From positions 64,001 through 128,000 of the forward strand of contig CAXXHG010000046.1 of NCBI GenBank assembly GCA_963666315.2: DNA of 64,000 nt, given 5' to 3'. Both the position numbers and the translations under genes were made by a program. The notes beneath the pieces are model-generated. The model had not been told where the DNA came from. It searched no databases and saw nothing but the letters and a program-made list of their open reading frames with translations. The stretch comes from Candidatus Binatia bacterium (GTDB lineage: Bacteria; Desulfobacterota; Binatia; Bin18). This document shows positions 29,855-39,225 of the stretch, in pieces (the first letter of the stretch is position 1; the number at the start of each line of letters is the position of its first letter).

Positions 29855-31150
29855 CTACCCCAACAAATGCTCACGCAACGTCATACCGTCGTAGTCCTGT
29901 CGATACACGCCGCGTTTCTGTAGCTCCGGGACTAATAGGTTCACCAGGTCTTCATAATAGTCGGGGGCATAATACGGGGGCGTGATCTGGAAACCGTTGC
30001 CGCCACCTTCTTCTAAAAAATGCTGCATCGCATCCGCGACTTGCGCCGGTGTACCGACTAGCGGATTTTTGTCACTCCCGGAGAGATAGGTTTTCGCAAT
30101 ATCGCGCAACGTAATATTCGGGTCATATTTTTGGTACATCTCAAACAGGCCCCTGGTGCCGGGCACCTCTAAATTTTGGACCGGGACATCAATATCAAAC
30201 TGAGACAGGTCCAAATTAAAGTGCATGGACATCTGGGCCAACGAGGCTTCTAAAGGAATACGGGCACGAATGGCAGCATAGCGTTCACGCGCTTCGGTCT
30301 CACTCTCTGCCACGAGAGGCTGCCCGGCCCACATAATTGGGATCTCGTTCGGGTTACGTCCTAACTGCTCCGCCCGACTGGCAATATCGTCGCAAAACGA
30401 ACGCATCTGCTTTATGCCACGCGCTGCACTGAAAATGCCCTCAGCGTGCCGGGCGGCAAAGGCCCGGCCACGGTCTGACTGACCAGCCTGAAACAGAAAC
30501 GGCCGTCGTCGAGGAGAGGGAATCACCGTAAACGGCCCCTGGGTCTTATACCACTTGCCGTGAAAATCCACCCGATGAACTTTAGACGGATCGGCAAAGA
30601 TCTTGTGCTCCATGTCCATCTGTACGGCATCGTCATCCCAGCTATTCCATAAACGGTGACAGACTTCCATGTATTCGTCTGCACGGTCGTAACGCTCGTC
30701 ATGCGCTGGGAGATCGTCCAGGCCGAAATTTTTTGCCTCTGCCGTTGAGGTCGAAGATACAATATTCCATCCAATCCGGCCTTTGGTCAGATGATCCAGG
30801 GTCGCTAACGTCCGAGCCAACAAAAACGGCGGATAAAACGTCGTGGACATAGTCACGGCAAAGGCGAGCTTTTTAACAACAGCGGATAGATAGGTCACGA
30901 GAGAAACCGGATCATGGCTGGGGAATTGGATCGCATAGCGAATTTGATCGGGCTGCATTCCGCCGGCAAGCCCATCAGCAAAGAACAGCATGTCGAACTT
31001 GCCGCGTTCCAGCGTCTGCACGACTGATTCCCAGTACTCACCCTCATACCATTTGTAACGAATCTTCTCGCGCGGATAGACCCAGGACAGCGGCATATGC
31101 GGGGCTGGGGTAAAGAGCGCGAAGCCGGACAGGTGAATCTGCTTGGGCAC
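29855..31150 (-). CDS. NtaA/DmoA-family FMN-dependent monooxygenase (LLM)
   Basis: LERGKFDMLFFAD, TLDHLTKGRIGWNIVSS, HDERYDRADE, FQAGQS.RGR.FAARHAE, LVPELQKRG. Confidence 0.95.
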   Translation of the reverse strand: MPKQIHLSGFALFTPAPHMPLSWVYPREKIRYKWYEGEYWESVVQTLERGKFDMLFFADGLAGGMQPDQIRYAIQFPSHDPVSLVTYLSAVVKKLAFAVTMSTTFYPPFLLARTLATLDHLTKGRIGWNIVSSTSTAEAKNFGLDDLPAHDERYDRADEYMEVCHRLWNSWDDDAVQMDMEHKIFADPSKVHRVDFHGKWYKTQGPFTVIPSPRRRPFLFQAGQSDRGRAFAARHAEGIFSAARGIKQMRSFCDDIASRAEQLGRNPNEIPIMWAGQPLVAESETEARERYAAIRARIPLEASLAQMSMHFNLDLSQFDIDVPVQNLEVPGTRGLFEMYQKYDPNITLRDIAKTYLSGSDKNPLVGTPAQVADAMQHFLEEGGGNGFQITPPYYAPDYYEDLVNLLVPELQKRGVYRQDYDGMTLREHLLG

Positions 31151-31153
31151 CGA

Positions 31154-31408
31154 TTACCACCATCCCAGCTGAAACGTGTGGATCGCTCTCTTTTTATAGT
31201 CATACAGAGAGGTGCCACAGAACCCACACACGAGCGAAGACCAGACCGAACGCGGTCGAATCGCCGCATGAAGCGGCTTCATGAAATTCTGGTTGTCATC
31301 CAACAGATCCTCAGTCAGAGCCCAGCGAGTCACCTCGTAGAGTGCATAGCCACACGTCGGAGAGGGACAGGTGATGATCATCCCAGCAATGAACGGATGG
31401 CTCGTCAT
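31154..31408 (-). CDS. Small putative zinc-finger protein
   Basis: CPSPTC and CGFC pairs; stop 3 nt before the monooxygenase start; start uncertain. Confidence 0.55.
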   Translation of the reverse strand: MTSHPFIAGMIITCPSPTCGYALYEVTRWALTEDLLDDNQNFMKPLHAAIRPRSVWSSLVCGFCGTSLYDYKKRAIHTFQLGWW

Positions 31409-31630
31409 GGTTGTTACACTATTCACACAAAAGGGATGAAACAACCGTGTGCTTTTGCATACGATCCCCTCATTACGCAAATGGGCTATCGTGCCCGCAT
31501 TATCCTCCAGGCAAGCAAAAGTTGTCAATCGAAAAAAGAGTCTGCGGTGTATCTTTTTCTCATTGACCTTTAGTGCCTTTAGCGCTAGAGGGAATCAAAG
31601 GGATATATCCATCTTTCAAAGGAGGGGACT

Positions 31631-31993
31631 ATGAAACTCAAAGTCACCCGTTGGGACAAACCGGAACCACCGACCCAATCGGAATTGGTCCGGGCTATGG
31701 AAGCCGAAGGCCTGGTTGCCTATATAGAAGATGATGAGCCCAATCATTCCTACGAGGCGCATACGCATCCGAACGATGAGGTTTTGGTTGCCGTCTTGGG
31801 TGAGATCACGCTGGGTGTCGGCGACCAGAAGTGGATGCTCCGGCCAGGCGATCGGCTCGATTTACCAGCGAACACGCTGCACTGGGCAGAGACTCCATCA
31901 ATGGGCCCGATCCGCCTACTGGGTGCAAGCATCGGAGACAAGCCCGATCCAACCCGGGCAGACCGTTCGGAGGCAACGCGCGCACGTCCGTAA
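31631..31993 (+). CDS. Cupin domain protein
   Basis: HTHPNDE...GDRLDLPANTLH; SD AGGAGG. Confidence 0.9.
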   Translation: MKLKVTRWDKPEPPTQSELVRAMEAEGLVAYIEDDEPNHSYEAHTHPNDEVLVAVLGEITLGVGDQKWMLRPGDRLDLPANTLHWAETPSMGPIRLLGASIGDKPDPTRADRSEATRARP

Positions 31994-32067
31994 GGCTGGT
32001 CCTGTTCCGGGATCACAGAATTATAAAGGGTGGGTGGGTCCTTCTGACCCACCCTACGAGACTCCCC

Positions 32068-32292
32068 TCTAGCCCAGAGGATCTCGACATCCAGTGGTGC
32101 ATCAACGTCCTCAGCTATCTGTACTTTTCCTGCATCCTGGCCAGGAATGCGCGGTTCCTTCGGCGGCGCGCAGGCAATCAGTCGCGCAATAGGTTTCCCG
32201 GCCTTGGCGATTACAATTTCCTCGCCTCCAATCACCCGGTCAAGGAGACGGGACAGGTGGGGTTTTGCCTCGTGGACGTTTACTTGGATCAT
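32068..32292 (-). pseudogene. Orphan Phd/YefM antitoxin; 3' end runs into a REP, toxin absent
   Basis: MIQVNVHEAKPHLSRLL..GEEIVIAKAGKPIARL..EDVDAPL; no stop at the expected position. Confidence 0.75.
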
Positions 32293-32339
32293 TATCAGCT
32301 TGGTAGGTTAAGTCATGAACTAAGTCAATGAATATTCCT

Positions 32340-33533
32340 CTACTTCATCGGCGGCAGTATCTCATGAGGATCGAGTCCTAGCTCTAACGCCCCCAGGCTC
32401 GACAGACAAAAGTCACTCGGTGGGAACTGAATCGCACCGACCGTACCGTCACGAAACAGCCGCTCAAGCGCTGAGGTCTTAAACAGGGTATGCGCACCGC
32501 CCAGCGTCAGGGCAGCGCGTCCGATTCGCGCCACGGCCTCGCCCACGAGATACTTCGCGCGGTAGAGGGCCGCAATGGTATGCGGTGTCGGCCCTTCGGT
32601 ATCGCTCAGCCAGGCCGAGTGGTATACGCACAACCGCGCTGATTCCAGGTCAACGCTCATCTCTGCGACCTTGCGCCGCACATCGGGATGGTAGGCCATG
32701 GATTGGCTAAATCCACGCGGCACCCTTTCTTGGACAACCTGCGTGATTTCATTATAAATAGCGGCAGCCACGCCCAGATAGACAGCTGTGTACGATGCCC
32801 AAAACCAGTTCGCCCCACGGGCGATAGATGGAAAGAAATCGTCGGTATTAAACACAACGGCCTCGTCCGGCACGAAACAGTCTTCTAGGAGCAAACAGTC
32901 GCTGCGCGTGGCACGCATGCCCAAAACATCCCAGACTTCCTCGATGGTCTGACCTTTGGCCGCACGTGGAACCAGAAAAATAATTGCTGCTCCAGGAGTC
33001 GTTGCGTCCTCAAGGCGAGCCGGGACAGCGCGGAAATCAGCCGGACCGACCATGGAGGAGAAAAATTTCTTGCCGTTTATGACATAGCCATCTTCAACCC
33101 GTCGGGCTTGAGTGGCCGGAGCATACGAGGCCAACAGGGCGGACGTCGTCGGCTCAGAGGTTGAACCCGCAACAAGATTATTCCCTCTCACAACCCAGTC
33201 TGCCACTCGTTGTTTCACATCCGGCGTAATCTCGGTATTTTCCATCAGATACCCAACCCAGGCCAAATGCATATTGAACGACAAGGCCGTGGCCGGGCAA
33301 CCTTGGGCCAGTTGTTCAAGGGCCAGAGAATGGCCAAACAGTTTTTCCCCCCAACCACCCAGGTCTTTGGGGATGTTTAAGATGTGAAATCCCGCATCAC
33401 GGAGCAAGGCATAGTTCTCGACTGGGTTGCTGGCCTCTCGATCATGCTCAGCCGCCCTGATCGCAAAGTCTGCTGCCAACTCCTGACATTGGGCCTGAAT
33501 ACGCTTGTGTTCTTTTGTCAGCTCGAAATTCAC
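32340..33533 (-). CDS. Acyl-CoA dehydrogenase family flavoprotein
   Basis: SFNMH, SEP, NGKKFFSS, WDVLGMRATRS, LERLFRD. Confidence 0.93.
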   Translation of the reverse strand: MNFELTKEHKRIQAQCQELAADFAIRAAEHDREASNPVENYALLRDAGFHILNIPKDLGGWGEKLFGHSLALEQLAQGCPATALSFNMHLAWVGYLMENTEITPDVKQRVADWVVRGNNLVAGSTSEPTTSALLASYAPATQARRVEDGYVINGKKFFSSMVGPADFRAVPARLEDATTPGAAIIFLVPRAAKGQTIEEVWDVLGMRATRSDCLLLEDCFVPDEAVVFNTDDFFPSIARGANWFWASYTAVYLGVAAAIYNEITQVVQERVPRGFSQSMAYHPDVRRKVAEMSVDLESARLCVYHSAWLSDTEGPTPHTIAALYRAKYLVGEAVARIGRAALTLGGAHTLFKTSALERLFRDGTVGAIQFPPSDFCLSSLGALELGLDPHEILPPMK

Positions 33534-33658
33534 GGTGGCCCCCTTTTCTCTGATCGGATGCTAGTCCCTGCCTCTCCTCGCAGTCAAGAGAAAATAGCAC
33601 TCTTCTTCTCTCCTCGAATCATCTTGTAGTATGATAAATCAACAAGGAGGAGTGACTG

Positions 33659-34480
33659 ATGGGTATTGTTGATTTTTCACTGGACACCAAAGTTGCCATT
33701 GTCACGGGCGGTTCTAAAGGGATCGGTCGAGCAATTGCTTTAGCTTTTGCCGAGCATGGGGCGGACATTGTTCTTGCCGCCCGAGGGCTGAAGGCGCTTG
33801 AGCAAGCGAAACAGGACATTGCCGTGACTGGTCGGCGCGTACTTATCGTGCAGGCAGACATGTCTAACAGTGTGGACTGTGACAAATTGTATCAGCAAAC
33901 GGTTGAGGAATTCGGGGGTGTGGATATCCTGGTGAATAACGCTGCCGGAGTCTCGCCGGTGACCTTGGCCGAGGAAAACGAGGCCGATTTCCTCAGAGTG
34001 ATGAAGACAAATGTATGGACACCGCTTCATTTGGCGCGGCTGTGCCGGGAATCTATGCGCCAACGGGGCGGTGGTGCTGTCATTAACATCACGTCTAATG
34101 AAGGTATTCGTCCGTCCATGGGCATCGGAACGTATGCCCTCTCTAAGGCTGCGTTAATCAATATGGCTCAACTCTTAGGTAAGGAATGGGCAAGCGATAA
34201 GATTCGCGTGACCTGTATCGCGCCGGGTCTTATTCGCACAGAGCTGGCAAAGGACTTAGTCGAGGCGGTCGAAACGAGCGGCTCTCCGATCAATCCGCAG
34301 AAGCGGGTTGGTGAGCCAAACGAAATAGCAGGCTTGGCATTATTCTTGGCCAGTCCAGCCGGCGCCTTTGCCACAAGCATGACGTATGTGGTTGACGGTG
34401 GTGAGGTCAGCGCCGGGCCAGGAGACGTTGTAGTCATGATAGCCGAAGAGTCTGTGCAGGCGGCACGGCAGGACAAATAA
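33659..34480 (+). CDS. Short-chain dehydrogenase/reductase
   Basis: TGGSKGIG, NNAA, YALSK. Confidence 0.95.
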   Translation: MGIVDFSLDTKVAIVTGGSKGIGRAIALAFAEHGADIVLAARGLKALEQAKQDIAVTGRRVLIVQADMSNSVDCDKLYQQTVEEFGGVDILVNNAAGVSPVTLAEENEADFLRVMKTNVWTPLHLARLCRESMRQRGGGAVINITSNEGIRPSMGIGTYALSKAALINMAQLLGKEWASDKIRVTCIAPGLIRTELAKDLVEAVETSGSPINPQKRVGEPNEIAGLALFLASPAGAFATSMTYVVDGGEVSAGPGDVVVMIAEESVQAARQDK

Positions 34481-34496
34481 CACCTACGGCCGACTG

Positions 34497-34733
34497 TTAA
34501 CCCAGCGCCTGCCGAATGACTCCAGCCAAACGCTCCTGCTCTCCAGGAACATCCTTGGGCTCCACCGGAACCGGCAGCCGGTCGAGTTCGTCTTTGATGA
34601 CGCCTGTGAGTATCTCCGCCTCACGGGTCGAGAGCTGCCACTGGGCAACGATATCCTTAGGGCTCCACTGGACAATTTGCCGGAATCCGTAATCAGCCAC
34701 CGCCTTATTAGTAATTTCTATTAGTTTCTCCAT
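34497..34733 (-). CDS. Small hypothetical protein (LigA/NHLP-leader-like pattern)
   Basis: 78 aa; SD GGAAGGAG; KAVADYGFRQ...QWQLSTREAE. Confidence 0.65.
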   Translation of the reverse strand: MEKLIEITNKAVADYGFRQIVQWSPKDIVAQWQLSTREAEILTGVIKDELDRLPVPVEPKDVPGEQERLAGVIRQALG

Positions 34734-34773
34734 GGTCTCCTCCCTAGCACCTTGTCAACGCGGATTCGATGCG

Positions 34774-34865
34774 TGTCATTCTGAGGAGCCCTGAGACGAA
34801 GAATCTCTTTGCCGGGTACGTCCGAGAGATTCTTCACCTGCGCTCTGCTTCGGTTCAGAATGACA
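34774..34865. repeat. ~92-bp palindromic dispersed repeat
   Basis: Inverted copy of 18144-18237. Confidence 0.85.
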
Positions 34866-34893
34866 GGTCCCCCACTTCATTCCTGATAGAGCA

Positions 34894-35664
34894 CTAGAGT
34901 CGACTTGCAACCGACCACGACCCCCCGTCAACAATAAAGGTCGAACCACTAATGTAAGAAGCTTCGTCAGAGGCCAGAAAGAGAATCGTGTTGGCAATTT
35001 CCTCAGGCTGGCCAATTCGGCCCATGGGATGATAGCGGGCCGCTTTCTCTATAGCTTCCGTACTCTGCGTGCTGCCTCTCGCCTGAGGCGTATCCACAAA
35101 ACCTGGGGCAATACAGTTTATCCGAATCCCCTGGGAGGTATATTGGCTGGCCGCGACTGAATTGAGATGGATGATTCCGGCTTTACTGACCGCATACGGC
35201 AGAGACTGGCTGTAGGGTTGGACACCGGCCATAGAAGCAATATTCACGATCGATCCGCCGCCACCCTTGAGCATGACCGGAATTGCGGCTTTGCAGCAAA
35301 AGAAGAGCCCTTTGAGATTTGTCGACATAATAAGATCCCAATGCCGTTCGTCTATTTCTGCAAGCGGAGGCGTCAGAATGAGGACCCCAGCCGCATTGAC
35401 CAATACGTCAAGGCGGCCAAAGTGGTCAACGGCGTGGTCAACCATCGCCGACACCTGGTCCAGTTTGGACACGTCTACAGCAATGGTCTCAATATCTGGA
35501 CTGATTTTCTGAGCCAGGCTCTTGGTCTGCTTCAGACCGCCCGAGTTACGGTCTGCGGCCAGCACCTTGGCACCCTCTTCGGCAAAGCGGAGTACAGTGG
35601 CGCGACCAATGCCTGAAGCGCCTCCGGTTACAATAGCAATTTTGTCTGTGAGTCTACCGGCCAT
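34894..35664 (-). CDS. Short-chain dehydrogenase/reductase
   Basis: [17 protein letters not shown]; SD GAGGAGG. Confidence 0.95.
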   Translation of the reverse strand: MAGRLTDKIAIVTGGASGIGRATVLRFAEEGAKVLAADRNSGGLKQTKSLAQKISPDIETIAVDVSKLDQVSAMVDHAVDHFGRLDVLVNAAGVLILTPPLAEIDERHWDLIMSTNLKGLFFCCKAAIPVMLKGGGGSIVNIASMAGVQPYSQSLPYAVSKAGIIHLNSVAASQYTSQGIRINCIAPGFVDTPQARGSTQSTEAIEKAARYHPMGRIGQPEEIANTILFLASDEASYISGSTFIVDGGSWSVASRL

Positions 35665-35766
35665 CTTTTGCCTCCTCTCATGATAAGGTTTGCCGCTCTT
35701 CTTGTCCGAACAGTCTGAAGCTGGACGCATACCTTCTCAGGATCTTATGCCGATGTATCCCGGAGC

Positions 35767-36810
35767 TTACATTGGCGCGCCCCACGTCAACACACGTCTT
35801 GGATTCTCCACTATAAGAGTATTGATCTGTTCTTCACTGAGCCCGCTTCGACTCAGCATGGGTACAACGTTCTTGACTAAGTGGGCATACCCCCAGCCAC
35901 CATAACGGGTGAGCTGAATCTTCATGGCAATATCGTGGGACAGGACCAGTCGCTCCAAGCAGCCTTTGTCAATCAGACGTTTCAGGGCTGCAACGCCGCT
36001 CGCGTCCGAACCAAGATAACGGCCCACGCTATCGACGTAGAACTCCATGCCAAAGAAATCGTATTCCACATAGGCTCCGCGTTGGATCAAGGTCGTATGG
36101 TATTCCACATCGTCACTTGTCGGACTGAGATGGCACAGGATGACCTGGTTCGGATTAGCACCTTCGCTTTCGAGGATATCCAGGACCTTGATACCGTTTT
36201 TCTGCCACGGCAACAGATGCACGCTAATAGGTGCTCCAGTACGACGCTGAGCACGAGCCGCTGCGCGTAAGACCTTCTGCTCGTTCTCACGGATCTTAAA
36301 ACTGGTGCCAATCTCACCGATGAGGCCGGATCTCACGCCGGTGTCCTCAACGCCTTGCATGAGATCGTGTTCAATCTCATCTGCAATCATCTCAACAGAC
36401 CGATCAGCCATGTCATACGGATGGGAGCGGCCAATGTAATAACCCGAGCCCATAATGATGTTGACTTCAGCGGCCTGGGCAACTTCTTTCAGGGCAAGCG
36501 GGGTACGGCCCAGCCCGTTGTTGGTGCAATCCACCACACTGCCTCCTCCAGCAGTCTTAAATCGGCGCAGCTCCTCAACGGCCAGGGTTGTATCATCAAG
36601 GACACAGTTATCCAGGTTGCCGAAGGGTTCGCGCCGAATCGCGCCGAGAGTAGACATCTCGACTGGTGCATGCGCAAATACTTTTTGCTCCTCTTCTTCT
36701 GGTTCTTCGCACCACACACGCAGGTCAACGAGCAGGTGTTCATGTGTCAACGTTATGCCCAAAGTCTCGGGCTCAATCGGTCCAAGAACCGTCATCACTT
36801 TGCCCTGCAT
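35767..36810 (-). CDS. Phosphotriesterase-family (Php/PTE-like) metallohydrolase
   Basis: TLTHEHL, GLGR, IGEIG, SVH, CHL, LSHD. Confidence 0.93.
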   Translation of the reverse strand: MQGKVMTVLGPIEPETLGITLTHEHLLVDLRVWCEEPEEEEQKVFAHAPVEMSTLGAIRREPFGNLDNCVLDDTTLAVEELRRFKTAGGGSVVDCTNNGLGRTPLALKEVAQAAEVNIIMGSGYYIGRSHPYDMADRSVEMIADEIEHDLMQGVEDTGVRSGLIGEIGTSFKIRENEQKVLRAAARAQRRTGAPISVHLLPWQKNGIKVLDILESEGANPNQVILCHLSPTSDDVEYHTTLIQRGAYVEYDFFGMEFYVDSVGRYLGSDASGVAALKRLIDKGCLERLVLSHDIAMKIQLTRYGGWGYAHLVKNVVPMLSRSGLSEEQINTLIVENPRRVLTWGAPM

Positions 36811-36974
36811 GTCCCCTCCCTTGCCCTACCACTGTTGAGGTAGATGCAGGCTATACCACCTCACCTTTCAAATAAAAGAGCGCCTGGCCTGCTCTGACTC
36901 GAAAAACAATAGTCTTTGATAAGATGAGATAAAATCATCGCGTTTGAAGGAAAGAAGGAGAGGAGGAATAGTCT

Positions 36975-37523
36975 ATGGCGAACAAGACACGTCGCATCGT
37001 GACCGGGCACGACGCAAACGGAAAAGCGATCATCCAACACGACACTGCTGCGCCGGTGTTTTTGCCTGCGAATAGACCTGGAGTTGAGGTGACAAACCTG
37101 TGGCTGACTACGGAGACACCCGCAAAGCTGGCCGACACCACAGACCGGGCACAGGGACCGGTAACGCTGACACCGCCATCACACGGTACGGTCTTCCGCA
37201 TTGTCGAGTTTTCTCCCGAGAAAGATTGGATCGAACAGGTTGACCGTCAGGCCGCACGGGAGAGCTTTGCGTCATTTGGAGCGGAGCAGGCCTTGGATGA
37301 CGCGGAAGAGCCGCGCCACCCGTTCATGCACAAGACCGCAACCATCGACTATGCGATTGTACTCTCGGGCCAATGTTACATGCTACTCGATGACTCGGAG
37401 GTACTCGTCACAGCCGGAGATGTCATTATCCAGCGCGGGACAAACCACGCCTGGAGCAACCGCTCGGACCGTCCCTGTAAGATCGCCTTCGTCCTGATCG
37501 ACGGGACTGTCACTGCTGCCTGA
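36975..37523 (+). CDS. Cupin domain protein
   Basis: RRIVTGHD.NGKA, MHKTATIDY, GDVIIQRGTNHAW. Confidence 0.92.
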   Translation: MANKTRRIVTGHDANGKAIIQHDTAAPVFLPANRPGVEVTNLWLTTETPAKLADTTDRAQGPVTLTPPSHGTVFRIVEFSPEKDWIEQVDRQAARESFASFGAEQALDDAEEPRHPFMHKTATIDYAIVLSGQCYMLLDDSEVLVTAGDVIIQRGTNHAWSNRSDRPCKIAFVLIDGTVTAA

Positions 37524-37731
37524 ATTTGGGCAATATGATTATCCGGGCGAGAGGACCATCCTCCACGAGCATGAGCAGATCAAACTGCATCGTCAAGAGT
37601 TTGCGGTCAAGCGGCGAGCGGCGGTAGCAGAATTTGCCTAATATCTACTAGACATATATTGGTCGAACTCCTTGCGGGCGCTACGTCACTGGCATGCGGC
37701 ACGATACCGCACAAAAAGACCGGAGGAAGAC

Positions 37732-39225
37732 ATGTCGTTCAAACTAGAAGAAACTACCATCTCCAAAATCCACGCGGCCTTACGCGCTGGCGAAGTAACC
37801 TGCGCCGAGCTCGTAGCCGGGTATCTTGCGCGGATTGAGGCCTACGATCGTAGCGGCCCGACGATCAATTCGATCGTGACCGTGAATCCCCGTGCTCAGG
37901 ACGAAGCCGCGCGGCTTGATGCTCAGTTCGCAACGTCTGGCCAGCTGTCAGGCCCCTTACATGGCGTGCCTATTGTGGTGAAGGATCAGGCTGAAACGGC
38001 TGGGATTATGACCTGCTTTGGCTCGATTGCCTTAGACGGCTATATTCCCGACAAAGACGCGACGGCTGTCGCAAAGCTCCATGCGGCAGGCGCGATTATT
38101 CTGGCTAAGACCACACTGCCGGACTTTGCAACATCCTGGTTCGGATACTCGTCCAAGTCCGGCACGACCAAGAATCCGTATGATCTTGCGCACGACCCAG
38201 GTGGCTCAAGCAGCGGAACAGGCGCTGCGGTTGCCGCCAATCTAGGCGCTATCGGGTTGGGTGAGGACACGGGCGGCTCGATCCGTTTGCCGTCTTCGTT
38301 CGATAACTTGGTCGGTCTCAAGGTCACACCGGGCCTCATCAGCCGGGCTGGCATGTCGCCGCTGGTGGTGTTCCAGGACTCTGCCGGACCGATGTGTCGG
38401 ACCGTCACGGATACCGCCAAAATGCTTGGGGTGTTAGCTGGGTTTGATCCAGCCGACCCGTACACCGCGACAGCGATTATCGCTGGTGAGGTGAAATATT
38501 CGGAACGGCTCGACCAGGCGGCACTCTCGGGGGCCAGGATCGGCGTGGTGCGTGAAGTCTTCGGAGACGCGTCCGATCCGCAAGCGGCAATGGTCAACAC
38601 GGTGATCGAAGCTGCGCTGGCAGCGATGACAGCGGCAGGCGCAACTCTAGTCGATATAACGATCCCCGATCTGCAGCACTATATTGACCTGTCTTCGATG
38701 TACGTCATCCGTTCACGCCACGATATCGATAGCTTTTTAGCAGCCCGACCCCGGCTACCGATGCGGACGTTGAAAGACATCGTCGATGCCAAAAAATACC
38801 ATCCTAAGTGTGATCTCATAGACGCGCTCGTCGAAGGGCCAGAAGACCCCTATTCTGACCCTGAGTACTATCAGCGCTATACCGCGCGAGAACAATTCCA
38901 GCGGGTAGTAATCAATGAAATGGCAAAGGCAGGGGCAAGCGCGCTCGTATTTCCAACCACACAAGTGCCCTCACCTTCCAGAGCCGAACTCGATGGCGGC
39001 AAATGGCCTATGTTAGAGTTCCCGACCAACACACTCATCGCAGCCCAGACCTGGATGCCGGCGATGAGCGTGCCTGCCGGATTCACGCCCGGCGGCATCC
39101 CCGTAGGCCTGGAGATCGTCGGCTTACCGTATCGCGAAGCGGATCTGCTTTCGTTAGCCTACGCGTTTGAACAGGCAACCATGCATCGCAGACCATCTGC
39201 ACACGTCCCCGAGCTGGCAGATTAG
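37732..39225 (+). CDS. Amidase (amidase-signature family)
   Basis: LHGVPIVVKD, GGSSSGT, GEDTGGSIRLPS. Confidence 0.95.
   Translation: MSFKLEETTISKIHAALRAGEVTCAELVAGYLARIEAYDRSGPTINSIVTVNPRAQDEAARLDAQFATSGQLSGPLHGVPIVVKDQAETAGIMTCFGSIALDGYIPDKDATAVAKLHAAGAIILAKTTLPDFATSWFGYSSKSGTTKNPYDLAHDPGGSSSGTGAAVAANLGAIGLGEDTGGSIRLPSSFDNLVGLKVTPGLISRAGMSPLVVFQDSAGPMCRTVTDTAKMLGVLAGFDPADPYTATAIIAGEVKYSERLDQAALSGARIGVVREVFGDASDPQAAMVNTVIEAALAAMTAAGATLVDITIPDLQHYIDLSSMYVIRSRHDIDSFLAARPRLPMRTLKDIVDAKKYHPKCDLIDALVEGPEDPYSDPEYYQRYTAREQFQRVVINEMAKAGASALVFPTTQVPSPSRAELDGGKWPMLEFPTNTLIAAQTWMPAMSVPAGFTPGGIPVGLEIVGLPYREADLLSLAYAFEQATMHRRPSAHVPELAD

Noticed and set aside
31750-32067. 180-aa extended antitoxin
   Set aside because: The extension is read-through across a REP and antisense to the cupin gene.
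37524-37640. Coding-like stretch GQYDYPGERTILHEHEQ...AEFA*
   Set aside because: Probably a 3' gene remnant, but I cannot assign a family or start.
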